NCBI GenBank assembly: GCA_964016885.1
Contig: OZ024754.1
Coordinates: 44,206,001-44,270,000, forward strand
DNA from: Eledone cirrhosa
Lineage: Eukaryota
DNA: 64,000 nt
Reading direction: 5' to 3'
This document shows, in pieces, positions 1-14,007 of the stretch. Position numbers and translations under genes: made by a program. Below the pieces are notes generated by a model. It ran no database searches, was not told where the DNA came from, and saw only the letters and a list, made by a program, of their open reading frames with translations. The stretch's first letter is position 1, and each line of letters starts with the position of its first letter.

Positions 1-267
1 TGTGAATAGTGCAGTTTTAAATCAACATATCTGCACTATTCACAAGTGTTTTTTAAACTTCATATCATGTCTCCCTATTTTATCTGACGAAAACGCAAAT
101 GTCATCGCATGATAATATTTGTTTTTGAAATGCGCATAATAAAATACATGGAACTCTTTTAACCATCTTTTGATCTTATATTATTTATAGTCCAGTCCTA
201 CAAACTGTAGAGTGCTACTTATCTGATATCTGCATTGCTTTATTGTTCTACAATAAAACTCACCTCC

Positions 268-346
<79 letters not shown>

Positions 347-506
347 AATACAGCAGTCCAGTCACTTCTAAGTTTGATTAATATTAGTAACAGGACTGTT
401 TACATATACGAAGCTATAATTATTAAAATATAAACCTTCTCACTTACTTTTCTAAAATAAACAATTATCGCCTCTTGTTTTCTTTTCATTGAAATTAGTT
501 GAGGTG

Positions 507-584
<78 letters not shown>

Positions 585-789
585 CAGATTAGAGCAAACA
601 TCACGGGCGCTCTATCTCGAAATTATTTTTGAAAAGGATTAGAAATGCGCAACCGGTAAAAACTGAATACTAACCAATACTTATTACTAATTTTTACTTA
701 TTCCTAATTAAACTATTTTTCACTGGGAACAATTTGTCAGCATCTTCTTTTCTTTTTACCAATATATATATAAAATGAAAAAAAAAATA

Positions 790-1110
790 GTAAAAAATGT
801 TTTCGCTCTCCATGGTTAAATACAATAAATGTAATTTGAGTTTTTCGAATATTAATGATAACATTCGATTCGTTTGCAATTATACAAACAAGCCTCATTT
901 TTATAACCATGTCAGTAGAATGAATCCTTCATTCTTGCTCTTGTGTTTACATGCCAACACAAGAGCAAGAATGAAGGGTTCATTCTACTGACATGGCTAT
1001 AAAAATGAGGCTTGTTTGTATAATTGCAAACGAATCCAATGTTATTATTAACATTCGAAAAACTCAAATTACATTTAATATATTTTTACATTTATGGAAA
1101 ACATTACTTT
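790..1110. mobile_element. Foldback/MITE-like long inverted repeat
   Basis: 826-947 is the near-perfect reverse complement of about 956-1077 (taaatgtaatttgagtttttcgaat ... attcgaaaaactcaaattacattta), with a short loop and weaker extension to about 790/1110; non-coding. Confidence 0.65.
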
Positions 1111-1605
1111 ACTTTCTGAAAATTCAAAATTCATTCGTTCAGTTTAAGATTTTTGAATAATATTGTAATTAATTTAGGAAGAAGACCAGTAATTTTTGGA
1201 GAAGGGGAAGTTGATTAAATCGTCACTAGTACTTTGGAATGTTGAAAGACAAAGTTGACCTCAGTGGGATAATGAAATTAATATTGCAAAGAAAATATAA
1301 TTACAAAATTCAAATGAATACAAAATGTATTTAAACAGAACCAGTAATTGACTTCCTAAAACATTTCTTTTTTAGATTCAAAGAAAAATTATTTTCCACA
1401 CATTCGCAATTTCCCAAACCTCACACACTAAAACAAATAAATGAACAGATTTGTAATCTTTCACCGCCATTTTCACAGTCAGTAAAAAATAAAATATTTT
1501 ATTTCTTATGTTAATTTTTATTTCGTTATATGCCAGACGTTCAGTAGGGCTGCAGACTTAAAACTAAGAATTTCTCCAATATCTACTTATATCTCACACG
1601 CTTTA

Positions 1606-2224
1606 GGCAAAATAGGACTACATCTCAATGCAAAGAAGACCGAAATCATGCACTACAATCAGGTTGATCCAGCTCCAGTTCTTGCTAAGGATGGTACAAC
1701 AATCAAAACAGTTGAAAACTGTAAGTATTTTGTTGCATAGATGCACAGCTCACGCAAGGACTTTGAAGTTAGAAAAGCATTAGCATGGTCGGCATGCCAC
1801 AAGCTACTGAAGGTGTGGAAGTCCGACCTAAACCGCAAAATCAAAGAGCGCCTCTTCCTAGCAACTGTTGAGTCTGTCCTGCTTTACGGCAGTGAAACGT
1901 GGACTATTGACAAAGTGCTATACAAGAGACTTGACGGATGTTACACGAGGATGCTGAGAATGGCAAACTGACAAATACGGAACTATACAGATCACTACCA
2001 TCAGTCTCAAAAGAGTTGCCTGACGACGAATGAAACTGGCTGGGCACTGCATCCGTCATCCAGAAGAGACAGCATCACAACTTGTGCTCTGGAAACCGGC
2101 GGTCGGACTAAGAAGCGTGGGAAGACAGGTCGTCTCATTTATTGATACCCTGCTGAGAGATGTCAACATTGATAACATCGATGAACTGAGAAATGTCATG
2201 CTCGACCGGGACGATTGGAGATGA
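1606..2224 (+). mobile_element. 5'-truncated, decayed RTE-group LINE (RT C-terminal region)
   Basis: Translates to KIGLHLNAKKTEIM...KALAWSACHKLLKVWKS..RKIKERLFLATVESVLLYGSETWT..KRLDGCYTRMLRM and RRMKLAGHCIRHPEE..LVLW..MLDRDDWR, typical RTE post-RT motifs, with stops and frameshifts. Confidence 0.85.
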
Positions 2225-2277
2225 TACAGTACAAGGAAGATATATATTAGTTTAACGCTTGTATTGTCAGAAAATTG

Positions 2278-2313
2278 TTTTAACTTTTCGAACACTAGTC
2301 CTTCATCAGAAGA
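2278..2313 (-). ncRNA. Decayed minimal hammerhead ribozyme motif (family C)
   Basis: Minus strand reads tctt CTGATGA a ggac-tagt-gttc GAAA ag TT aaaa; homologous to 19879 and 35265, with stems I and III weakened. Confidence 0.5.
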
Positions 2314-3090
2314 TAGAATGAGAAATAAAAGAAGAAGATAGAGAAGAGAGTCAGAAGAGGAAGAAACGGAAACCTTTTTTTTATTAAGGCGGTAGAGAAA
2401 AGAAGCCAATGTGTGTGTTGAGGGTGAATTTAAACCCAGAATTCAGAGTGTGGAAATTCAGATCTGTTATTAAACTATATGGCCTGGTTTTGTGGGAGTT
2501 TTGATATAATTTTGAACAAAGGCTAGCATCCTATCCCGGGTGTTTATAAGCAACTGGTTTTTTTAACATTAGATTCTAGTCATATTTAGCTGATCTGTGA
2601 CGTCTTAGATGGAGACGTTAAGTTTTATGCTGAAGGATTAATCAACAAACGCTGCTCACAACATACAAACGTCCTTTCAATCCATTGAACAACATAGCTT
2701 TCACTCGACTCTACATGCTAATCTTCAAATGAAACTGGAATCTCTTTACCCGAATTTTCTTTTCTCCTATGATACAAATTACCATATTTACTACAGAATG
2801 ATGGTTTTGAAATTGTCATAAGACTTTTTGCTTCTCATTCTTTTGCTGAAAATGTCATTTCTAACTAGAGATATTTTACAAAATTCGTCAATAAAGAAAT
2901 TATTGAAGACATTTCTATGGCACTTGCTCATTAAAGAAGAATTTGCCAAGAGTTAAAGTTATTTCAAGAGGGATGCTAGCGAGAGTAATTCGATTAACCC
3001 ATTCCTCTCTCATTGCTACTTTCATTCTATCACACTGAACTCTCTCTCTCACTCACACACACACACACATATATATATACATATATACAT

Positions 3091-3399
<309 letters not shown>

Positions 3400-3438
3400 A
3401 TAAATGTATATCTATGTCCTGATTACACCCATAGATCA

Positions 3439-3521
<83 letters not shown>

Positions 3522-6149
3522 ATATCAACAATAGCTAGAACATCAGCGTCATCAACTATGACAACAGCAACAATCGCCATTGAGAGAGAGAAAAAAAATA
3601 TATGTGGAATATTAGAGAAACGATATTGTTGAACTGTTGCGACCAAAGAAAATTCTAATATATTTGCCAGAAGCTCAATAACGAATGGAAGCCTATGTAA
3701 CATTAGGGTTATTTCTGTATAACGCTTCATATTTATATTTAATCTACACGCCACACAATTGGAAATTTGTTGCTATAATTCATATTTTGGGGAAAAAAAA
3801 CATCTATTTAATGACTACATCTCCTGAATATTATGAAAAGATAGAGTCAACGAGTAACTCTTTCCTTGAATATCAAACAATACACGTCCTTGATACCACG
3901 AAGGGATAAAGTCAGCGAAGTATCCTTTACTTGTGTATCATAGCTAAGACAATATCTATATGTCCTCAATATTTAAGATAATATCTATGTCCTCAATATC
4001 TAAGACAATAGCTATATGTCCTCAGTATCTAAGACAGTATCAATGTCCCCAATACTATGAAAATATAGAGCCAGCGAAAGACCTGCTCTTTGTGTGTCAA
4101 TATCTCTAAGACAATATCTATGTCATTAATACTATGGATATATAGAACCAACGAGAGACCTCTTACTTGTATCGATATCTAAGACAGTATATGTTCTCAA
4201 TACTATGAGGGAATAAAGCCAGTGAGGGTTTTTTTTTCTTGGCCGCCCAAACTGCTAGAAATAGCAGTAAGTTTTCACTAAAATTATTCTTATACTAATC
4301 TGAAAAAAGATGATATTTACGACCAAATTGGGCAATTTATTATTAGATATTTCATTCCTACGAACTTTCAAGAGATAACCTTAAATTAAAACCTCAAATT
4401 ACTTTGTGTACACGTGAACTGAACTTTTTATTTGCGTTCTTAAACCTACCACCGATATCTTTCGGGTCTGTCTCGTTATGGTTTCACTTTTGTACCATCG
4501 CTTGCAGTTACTCTTTTGGTTTAAAATATCATTTTAATGTATCTGTATGTGTAATAAGTGGTAGATTTGTAGAATTGGTAGAGTATCAGATGAATTGCCC
4601 TTGTGGCATTTGTTTTGGCTCTTTACATTCTGAGGTCTAGTTTCATTCAGGTCAAGTTTGCCCTTTGTCCTTCCATGGTTGCTAAAATAAAATACTAGTT
4701 CAGTCTAGTTCAGTCCAGTTCAGTTCAGTCCAGTCTAATCCAGTTCAGTTCACTCCAGTTCAGTTTAGTTCAGTCCAGTTCACTCCAGCTCAGTCCAGTC
4801 CAGCTCTGGGGCTGATTTAATCAATATTTCCTTTGTCTCAAATTTGCTAGCCTTGCGTTTAAATCAGAAATACAAAATCAATATATCTGTATTGCGACAT
4901 TTTCTATCAATCTTCTATTTGCGTCAAAGTACCTTGGGATGGCGGAAGTGGGGGGACGGGTTAGGTCATTGTGTCTTCTCAGAGCCAAGACATTTTAAGC
5001 TCGTCTTTGGGAAAAGAAGAACGAAGAGAATTAGGAGTCGTTTTGATGTTTGTGAGTCAACATAGATTTGGTAAAGATAATATTCTACTTACTTTCAACG
5101 CATACCAACATCTAACTCTTCTCTTTTTATTATAGCCTGGTCTTATTAATGATATTAATAAGTAACATGAATCATATTTGAGCGACGAAGAATCTAGAAA
5201 GTTAATGCTGACGCAGTACAATCTTGTAACAACAAAAATCGCTTCGACTTCATCACTGATATTATAGCATGAATGTTGTAACGTACAATCCCGAGATTAC
5301 TTCCACACTGAAATATAACTATATATACACATTGATATGTACACCCCCCCCCCACACACACACATGCACACCTACACACACACGCACACACACACACACC
5401 TACATACACACGCGCACACACACACACACACTCACACACTCACACATTCACACACACACGCACCTACACACCCACACCTACACACACACGCACACACACA
5501 CACACGCACACACACACACGTATACACATGCACACACACTATCACACACACACAAACACGCACACACATACAAAAACGCACACAAACACACACTTTCACA
5601 CACTCAATCTCTCTCTTACACACACACTTACACACACACATACATTCACATATACAGCCTCACACACTCACATACTCTAACACGCACACATACCCACACG
5701 TACACGCACACACACACTCTTGCACACACTCACACACACACACATACACACACATACACACACACAAACACACACAAACACTCTCACAGACATTTTCTAG
5801 TGATACTAATGTTTCCGGATATGCTACTAAAATTAAATACCTATAATAGAAAAAACGTATTTTTAGTCTCCCACAATAAAACATGTCAAGACAACTGTCC
5901 GAGTTCCGGCCAAAAACACCAAGCAACTAATTCCACGCCATTAGTGGACGATTGAAACCCTTTAATCAATAGTGGCATATGCTAGAGATACGCGAAACTA
6001 GGTCTTTGTCGGCGGCCATTTTACTTTAAGATATTAGGTCTGTGTCGGCGGCCATTTTACTTTAAGATATAATCAATAAGTTTTAAAGGATTTAGGGCCA
6101 AGATGGGTACGAGGTTTTGTGATGTAATGGTATTTAGCTGTAAAAACTG

Positions 6150-6650
6150 GTTGGTTAGGGTTGGATGGACACAGATCTGTGGAGTTAAGGTAGGGTTACC
6201 ACAGATCTGCGGGGTTAGGGTTAGGTTACCACAGTTCTGTGTGGTTAAAGTTGGGTTACCACAGTTCTGTGTGGTTAAGATTGGATGGGCACACCTTTGT
6301 GGATTAAGGTTGGGTTACCACAGTTCTGTGGGGTTAAAGTTGGGTTACCACAGTTCTGTGTGGTTAGGATTGGATGGGCACACCTTTGTGGATTAAGGTT
6401 GGGTTACCACAGTTCTGTGGGGTTAAAGTTGGGTTACCACAGTTCTGTGTGGTTAGGATTGGATGGGCACAAATTTGTGGATTAAGTTTGGGTTACCACA
6501 GTTCTGTGGGGTTATGCTTCGGTGGGCACAAATCTGTGTGGTTAGGGTTAGGTGGTCACAGATCTGTATGGTTACGATTGGGTGGGCAGGGTTCTGTAGG
6601 GTTAGGGTCGCGTGGTCATAGTTCTGTGTGGTTAGGGTCGGGTGCCCATA
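6150..6650 (+). repeat. ~30-bp G-rich minisatellite (ggttaaagttgggttaccacagttctgtgt)
   Basis: About 16 diverged tandem units; some contain ggttagggtt. Confidence 0.85.
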
Positions 6651-7005
6651 GATAGATGTTGCGTGGATATCATTTGAAGTCTAATGATAATGATGTCGTT
6701 GGATCTTGGTGTAAGTTTCGTTTTTTTTTATTATATATATATATATATCTGTGTGTGTGTATATATATACATGTATGCATATGTATATAAACATATATAT
6801 ATATATGTGTGTGTTTGTGTGTGCATATCTCTCTATATATATGTATCTATCTCTCTCTATATATGCATGTGCGTGCATTTATATATATAAATATATATGT
6901 GTGTGTGGGTGTGTGTGAGTGTATGCGCGTGTGTGTGTGTATGTGTATTTGTATAAGAGTATCAGATGTATTAGAGTAGAGATCGATACTTACATAGACA
7001 TGTAT

Positions 7006-7056
<51 letters not shown>

Positions 7057-8526
7057 AATCGATAAATAGGTACTTATGTAGGTGTAAGTGGGGTATTTTA
7101 GAATGTGACGATAGCTTTCTTTACACTATATATTAGCCGGCTTTCAGCCTCTTCAAACATTCTACTTGGGAATAAATATCCTACAAGGGAAAACGATATA
7201 ACCTCACGTCCGTCCACCCACTCATAGGTACATGTTAAATATTTTGTTATTCCACGGAAGCTTTCTTGTAATATCATGTGATAAATTGCTTGAGGCTCCT
7301 TTAAAATGTAAAATGTCAGATAATCTGTGATTAAGAGAGACAATACAAATCTATATTTTTAAAAGTGAAGGTTGCAACAATAATCTCTATACAGCTATTT
7401 ATATCTCGCCTCACACTGCCTATAATGATTGTTTCTACTTTAGGTACAGGGTCAGTAATTGGGGGGGGGAGGGATAGTCGATTAAATTGATCCCAGTGTA
7501 TTACTGGTACTTTATTTCATTTAACCCCCCCCCTCCCCGCCCGTAAGGATGAAAGCTTAGTGTTTATCAATCATGAACACACTTAGCCCGCCTCCACACA
7601 TCTACACTTACACACACACACACCTACACTTACACACACACACACCTACACTTACACACACACACACATCTACACCCCACACACATATTTACACTTACAC
7701 ACATTTACATTTACACACACACACACATCTACACCCCCCACACACATTTACACTTACACACACACACACACACACACACTTACACACACTTATATTTAAC
7801 ACATTTAGACACACAAACGCACACATACAGACACACACACACATACACTTACATACATACACACACACGCTTACACTTACACATTTAACACATTTTGACA
7901 CACACACAGACACACACACATACACTTACATACATACATACATACACACTTACACACACACGCTTACACTTACACACACATTTAACACATTTTGACACAC
8001 ACACACACACACACACAGACACACACATACACTTACATACATACATACATACACACTTACACACACACGCTTACACTTACTTACACACACATTTAACACA
8101 TTTAGACACACACATACAGACACACACACATACACTTACATACATACACACACACAAACACACACACACACATTTACACACACACACACACGGTATCCAA
8201 TGTGAAGTATACATCTTCCTTCGTAACACGAAAATAAGAAACTTATCCAAAATGTCGATATTTTAACTAGAAACTTCTATTTTTATCTTTCTTGATTACA
8301 AACAACGACTTTCATTCTTTATCTTGCTTCTCTGTCGTTCTACCGGAAGTTGAAAGCTGTTGGCCGGAAGTGAAAACACTGCTAGTATATACCTTCAGCC
8401 TGTCGGAATGGCGACGTTTTAGCCTTACTGTAATTTTCTGAGTGACGTTTCTTCCTCAATCTGTGGCTTCTGTGTTTTTATAATATTTAGCGCACGTGTG
8501 TGTGTATGTGTATGTGTGTGTGTGTG

Positions 8527-8588
<62 letters not shown>

Positions 8589-8868
8589 TGTGCGTGCAAA
8601 CGTGCATGTTAGATATAGTGAGCACGTAATGATGACGATGATGACGTCAATGATGTGGATGATGATGATGATGATGATAATCATGACGACAAAGATGATG
8701 ATGATGATGATGAAGATGATGACGATGATGTCGATGACGATGACGATGGTGACGATGACGATGACGACGACGACGACGATGATGATGATGATGATGATGA
8801 TGGGGATTATAATTATGATGGTGGTAGCGGTAATAGTGGTGGTGGTGGGGGTATTCGCCGTGTGATCA

Positions 8869-8926
<58 letters not shown>

Positions 8927-9519
8927 CCCCACACACACATATACAGAACATCCTACACCATGACATACGACACAGACCTATAAAATAATCTGTATGTGGA
9001 TTAATCTCCATATGTTTATTAAACGTGCATTTATTTTGGACATATTAATAAACTTCTTGGTTAAATTATTGAGCTTTCGGTAGCTTAATAAGAAGGTTAA
9101 ACATGTTTATATGGCGATATACTAAAGGTGTAAGGCGATGAATTTGTTGTGGTGTTAGTTCTGGACCTCTGTCTTCAAGGCGATACATTCTTTAATGTAT
9201 TAGTTCCGACTTTCTGTCTCCAAGATGGCGAATTCTTCGCTGTATTCCTTCCGGTTCTTTGCGTTCTTTGAGCTCAAATCCCACCGAGGATAATTTTGAT
9301 TAATAAATAAATACGAAGGTTGATTTTTCCTTCTCATTTACCCTCTTCCACACACTCCCTTCTTCTCTAGTCAATAAATAAATGTACCAATCAAGTATTA
9401 GGGTCGATATTTTCCTCTACGTCTCTTTCTCACTTCCTCTCTTTCACACACACACTCTTCTCACCCTCTCTCCTTCCCTGGAGATGTATGAGTCTCACCA
9501 GGTTTAAAATGTAAATGTA

Positions 9520-9616
<97 letters not shown>

Positions 9617-9781
9617 TTATATATATATATTTATATATATATATATTTATCAATCTATTTGTTTGTGTCCATCTGTTTATTTATCGTTATATCTATCTCA
9701 CCCACTACACGGCGCTGTAGTACACTCTGCCCGATGCTTAAGTGGAAATCGATCTTGGCATTTAACAAAAACGAGGAAAGG

Positions 9782-9820
<39 letters not shown>

Positions 9821-9822
<2 letters not shown>

Positions 9823-10128
9823 CAGTGGTTGTAGGCGCTCTGGGAATGATACCTAAGGGGTCTAACGACTACTTATCGCAAATCCCAGGAAACCCGCGTA
9901 TAGGAGAAATACAAAAGATAGTACTAATGGGAACTGCCCATATACTAAGGAAGATCCTGTCAATATAAGTACATCACAAGTCTAAACACTAAGGATGCAT
10001 GTGTGAATATGTGTGTTCTTTCTTGAACATGGCGGACCTTGTTGTCTCTTGAGGTCACTGGTTGTGACTTGGTGATAACTCGTATAAACATAAAGCAAGA
10101 TGAATGCAAATAATAATAATAATAATAA
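9821..10128 (+). mobile_element. R4/Dong-like non-LTR retrotransposon 3' fragment in (TAA)n
   Basis: [43 protein letters not shown] followed by a 3' UTR; (TAA)n at both ends (9783-9820, 10111-10127). Confidence 0.8.
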
Positions 10129-10139
10129 AGCTAACAAAA

Positions 10140-11272
10140 AAAGATGGTAGAAACACACTCTAGAAAAAGTGTCCACAAATGATAAAGCAACCATTCTCTG
10201 GGATATGCCAATACATACAAACAGAGAGATGAAAGCCAACCGACCAGACATTATAGTCAAAGACCATAAAGAAAAAAAAATGCCTTCTAATAGATGTATC
10301 TATCTCCACAGACGACATTATATTTTCCAAGGAAATAGAGAAACTCTTCAAATATAAAGACCTAGAGTTAGAAATAACTCGAATGTGAAAAATAAAAACA
10401 GAAACAATAACTATAATAATAGGTGCTCTAGGAATGATAAAAAGAAAAAAAAACACACAGACAGATATTTAACCCAAACCCCAGGACTTACAAATATATA
10501 CAACATACAAAGTATAGCACTACTAGGTACTGTATATATATTATATAGAGTACCACATGACTTACAAATATATACAACATACAAAAGATAGCACTACTAG
10601 GTACTGTATATATATTATATAGAGTACCACAAGACTTACAAATATATACAACATACAAAAGATAGCACTACTAGGTACTGTATATATATTATATAGAGTA
10701 CCACAGGACTTACAAATATATACAACATACAAAGTATAGCACTACTAGGTACTTATATATATTATATAGAGTACCACAGGACTTACAAATATATACAACA
10801 TACAAAGTATAGCACTACTAGGTACTGTATATATATTATATAGAGTACCACAGGACTTACAAATATATACAACATACAAAGTATAGCACTACTAGGTACT
10901 GTGTATATATTATATAGAGTACCACAAGACTTACAAATATATACAACATACAAAGTATAGCACTACTAGGTACTGTATATATATTATATAGAGTACCACA
11001 GGACTTACAAATATATACAACATACAAAGTATAGCACTACTAGGTACTGTATATATATATTATATAGAGTACCACAGGACTTACAAATATATACAACATA
11101 CAAAGTATAGCACTACTAGGTACTGTGTATATATTATGAAAAGTAGCATCAATACAATAGAAACAACATAAGAAAAAACTACACTGCACATGGCCAAGGC
11201 ACACAGAGCTGTGCTCAGTAAAGCAGGAATGATGCACAATAAAAATAACAATAATGAAAATAATAATAATCA
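10140..11272 (+). mobile_element. R4/Dong-like retrotransposon fragment with restriction-like endonuclease motif
   Basis: ATILWDMPIHTNREMKANRPDIIVKD..(frameshift)CLLIDVS..KEIEKLFKYKDLELEITRM..IIIGALGMIKK; PD..D endonuclease motif; ends in a (TAA)n-like tail. Confidence 0.85.
10487..11138 (+). repeat. 74-bp tandem repeat (~9 copies) derived from the R4/Dong ORF end
   Basis: cttacaaatatatacaacatac recurs at 10487, 10561, 10635, 10709 ... 11080. Confidence 0.9.
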
Positions 11273-11284
11273 ATATAATCACTA

Positions 11285-11470
11285 ACTCGGTAGAGCGCTG
11301 GACAACATGCTTTGCGGCCCATTACGTTCTGAGTTCAAATCCTGCCGAGGTTAGCTTTGCCTTTCATCCTTACGGGGTCGATAAAATAAAGTACCAGTAA
11401 TGTACTGGGGTCGATTTAATCGACTTTCCCTTACCCCAAAATTGCTGGCCTTGTTCCTATAGTAGAAATC
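11285..11470 (+). mobile_element. Nin/Deu-domain tRNA-derived SINE
   Basis: B-box gagttcaaatcc, core gcctttcatccttacggggtcgataaaataaagtaccag, (ATT)n tail. Confidence 0.85.
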
Positions 11471-11504
11471 ATTATTATCATTATTATCATTATTATTATT
11501 ATAT

Positions 11505-11697
11505 AGGACGGTGAATTGGCAGTATCGGTGGTGGGTCGGACGCCATGTTTTCCAGCATATAGTTACGTCCCTTATGGTCTGAGTTCAAATCCCGCCAAGG
11601 TTAACTTTGCTTTTCATCCTTTCGGGGTCGATAAAATAAAATACCAGTAAGGTACTGGAGTAATTGCTGACCTTGTGCCAAAAGTAGAAACAATTAT
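11505..11697 (+). mobile_element. Nin/Deu SINE
   Basis: A-box-like tggcagtatcgg, B-box and the same core. Confidence 0.85.
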
Positions 11698-11699
11698 TA

Positions 11700-12050
11700 T
11701 CGACTGTAATTGATTTTGCGACCCCCCGACCACAATTTGGCTGAAAAGGAAATGGAGAAGATCAATAAGAATGCCGACGCTATTAGAACAGATCACCATG
11801 TAGAAACAGAAGTTGTGTCAATTGCCATTGGGGCGTTAGGGATAGTCCCTAAACGCCTCACGTCATTCATCAAAAGCTTTGTGATCCCCGATTACATACG
11901 CAGTGACCATACTTCTACCATTACTAGCACTGCCAGAATTCTAAGTGATATATTGAACCTCTGAGACCAGCAGCTGATCTGACACCAATTACTACGCTTC
12001 ACCCAGCAACCGATTGCTAGAAAAACCTTACAAAAGGAAAATTAATAATT
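11700..12050 (+). mobile_element. Third R4/Dong-like 3' fragment
   Basis: P.DHNLAEKEMEKINK..ETEVVSIAIGALGIVPKRL..TARILSDILNL* matches the same GALG C-terminal motif. Confidence 0.7.
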
Positions 12051-12244
12051 ATTATGGCTGCAGATTGGCAAAATAATTAAGGCGTCGTATCAAATAACTT
12101 GTGGTATTTGTTTCAGCTGGTGAGGCTGATAGCTTTAACTTTTAAGCCTTTGAGGGTAGATTAAATTGTACCAACTACATACTGAGGTCGATTTAATCGA
12201 CTTAGTCCTTATCTCTAAATTTCTAGTGTTTTGTCTGTTAGAAA

Positions 12245-12428
12245 TAATTGTTTCTACATTAGACACAAGGCCAGCAATTACCCAGTGCATTACTGGTACT
12301 TTATTTTATCGACCCCGTAAGGATGAAAGGCAAAGTCAATCTCGGAGGGATTTGAACTCAGATCGTAAAGGGACGTAACTATGCTGGAAAGCATGGCGTC
12401 CGACCCTCTACCGATACTGCCAATCCAT
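12245..12428 (-). mobile_element. Nin/Deu SINE
   Basis: Reverse complement of the same consensus. Confidence 0.85.
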
Positions 12429-12449
12429 GATTATTATTCTATTATTCTA

Positions 12450-12898
12450 GGGCAGCCAATTGGCAGTATCGGTAGAGCGTCAGACTCCATGCTTTGTAGC
12501 ATAGAGTTAAGGCCCTTTATTACCTGAGTTCAAATCCCTCCGAGGTTAACTTTGCTTTCATCCTTACGAGGTCGATAAAATAAAGTACCAGTCACTCACT
12601 GGGGTCGATTTAATCGACTTTCCCCTACGTCCAAATTACAAGTCTTGTGCCTATATAAGAAACCATCGGTGGATTGGCAGTATCGGTAGAGGGTTGGACG
12701 CCATGCTGGGGCGGTGGATTGGCAGTATCGGTAGAGGGTTGGACGCCATGCTTTCCAACATAGTTACGTCCCTTTACGATCTGAGTTCAAATCCCTCCGA
12801 GGTTGACTTTGCCTTTCATCCTTACGGGGTCGATAAAATAAAGTACCAGTAATACACTGGTTAATTGCTGGCCTTGTGCCTAAAGTAGAAACAATTAT
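12450..12898 (+). mobile_element. Two tandem Nin/Deu SINEs plus a duplicated head
   Basis: Copies at about 12450-12663 and 12708-12898; 5' head duplicated at 12667-12707. Confidence 0.85.
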
Positions 12899-13052
12899 TT
12901 TATTATTCTAGTTCAGATTCAGAAGAATCTCTTTTCCTGTCAATAACGACTCTAGTCTAATGTCCGCTTGTTGAAGTTGATAATGTACAGGGACACAGAT
13001 CTGCAAAGATTTCGGGGCAACCATCTTGAGAACGACACATTTTATATATATA

Positions 13053-13212
13053 TAGTCGATCGACTTTCGTCAAATCGGACCGAGGAAACAATGTTTCCGT
13101 TGGTCTTTCCAGTTGCTAATACTATCTATCTGTCGCAACTCCAGGTAGAAGGAATCGAACTTACAACTTCACGATTGTGAATCCAATTCTCTTACCACTC
13201 AGCCACGCGCCT
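13053..13212 (-). mobile_element. Second tRNA-derived SINE family, internally deleted
   Basis: Minus strand reads ggcgcgtggctgagtggt...gttcgattcc (A and B boxes); body shared with 57802-58030. Confidence 0.7.
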
Positions 13213-13223
13213 TCTATATATAT

Positions 13224-13343
<120 letters not shown>

Positions 13344-13364
13344 TTATTAAAATAACAGATTAAA

Positions 13365-13413
13365 GTTTAAGCAAAGAATCGCTGCTTTCACCCTTAACGG
13401 GATCTTCTGAAAC
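13365..13413 (-). ncRNA. Hammerhead motif with one core substitution (family D)
   Basis: Minus strand reads gttt CAGAAGA tccc-gttaa-gggt GAAA gca-gcgattctt-tgc TT aaac; next to (TA)n; a related partial copy lies at about 48000-48065. Confidence 0.6.
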
Positions 13414-13532
13414 TAACCAAGTCAATCTGTGAACGCAGAAGTGAATATTTCAAAAAAACGTTGCAACCGGACGAAAACAGGAAGAAGATACTTTGGTTCG
13501 TGGAGACGTTCCCTTCACAAAACATACATATA

Positions 13533-13563
<31 letters not shown>

Positions 13564-13672
13564 GTAGATAAATCTACCAAGAGTTTACGAACTTTTTTTG
13601 TGAACTTTTTGTGAACTTTTTAGTGAACTTTTTTTGTTTAATATAAGGAATTGTTTGTTCATTATTTGTTTA

Positions 13673-13732
<60 letters not shown>

Positions 13733-13838
13733 CAAGGGATGGCGTCCCTGCTACTCCTTCTGGAGTTAAGAGACTTTCATCTTTTACCTTACCTGTTCAA
13801 TCAGGATAACAACAACAACAACAACAACAACGACAACG

Positions 13839-13884
<46 letters not shown>

Positions 13885-13973
13885 CTACTACTACTACAAC
13901 AACAACAACAACAACAACTACTACTACAACAACAACTACAACAACAACAACAACAACAACAACAACGACGACG

Positions 13974-14007
<34 letters not shown>

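Noticed and set aside
6150-6650. Interstitial telomere
   Set aside because: Only isolated ttaggg words within a 30-bp unit, no (TTAGGG)n run
10487-11138. CRISPR-like regular array
   Set aside because: Units are identical tandem copies with no unique spacers; eukaryotic context and no cas genes
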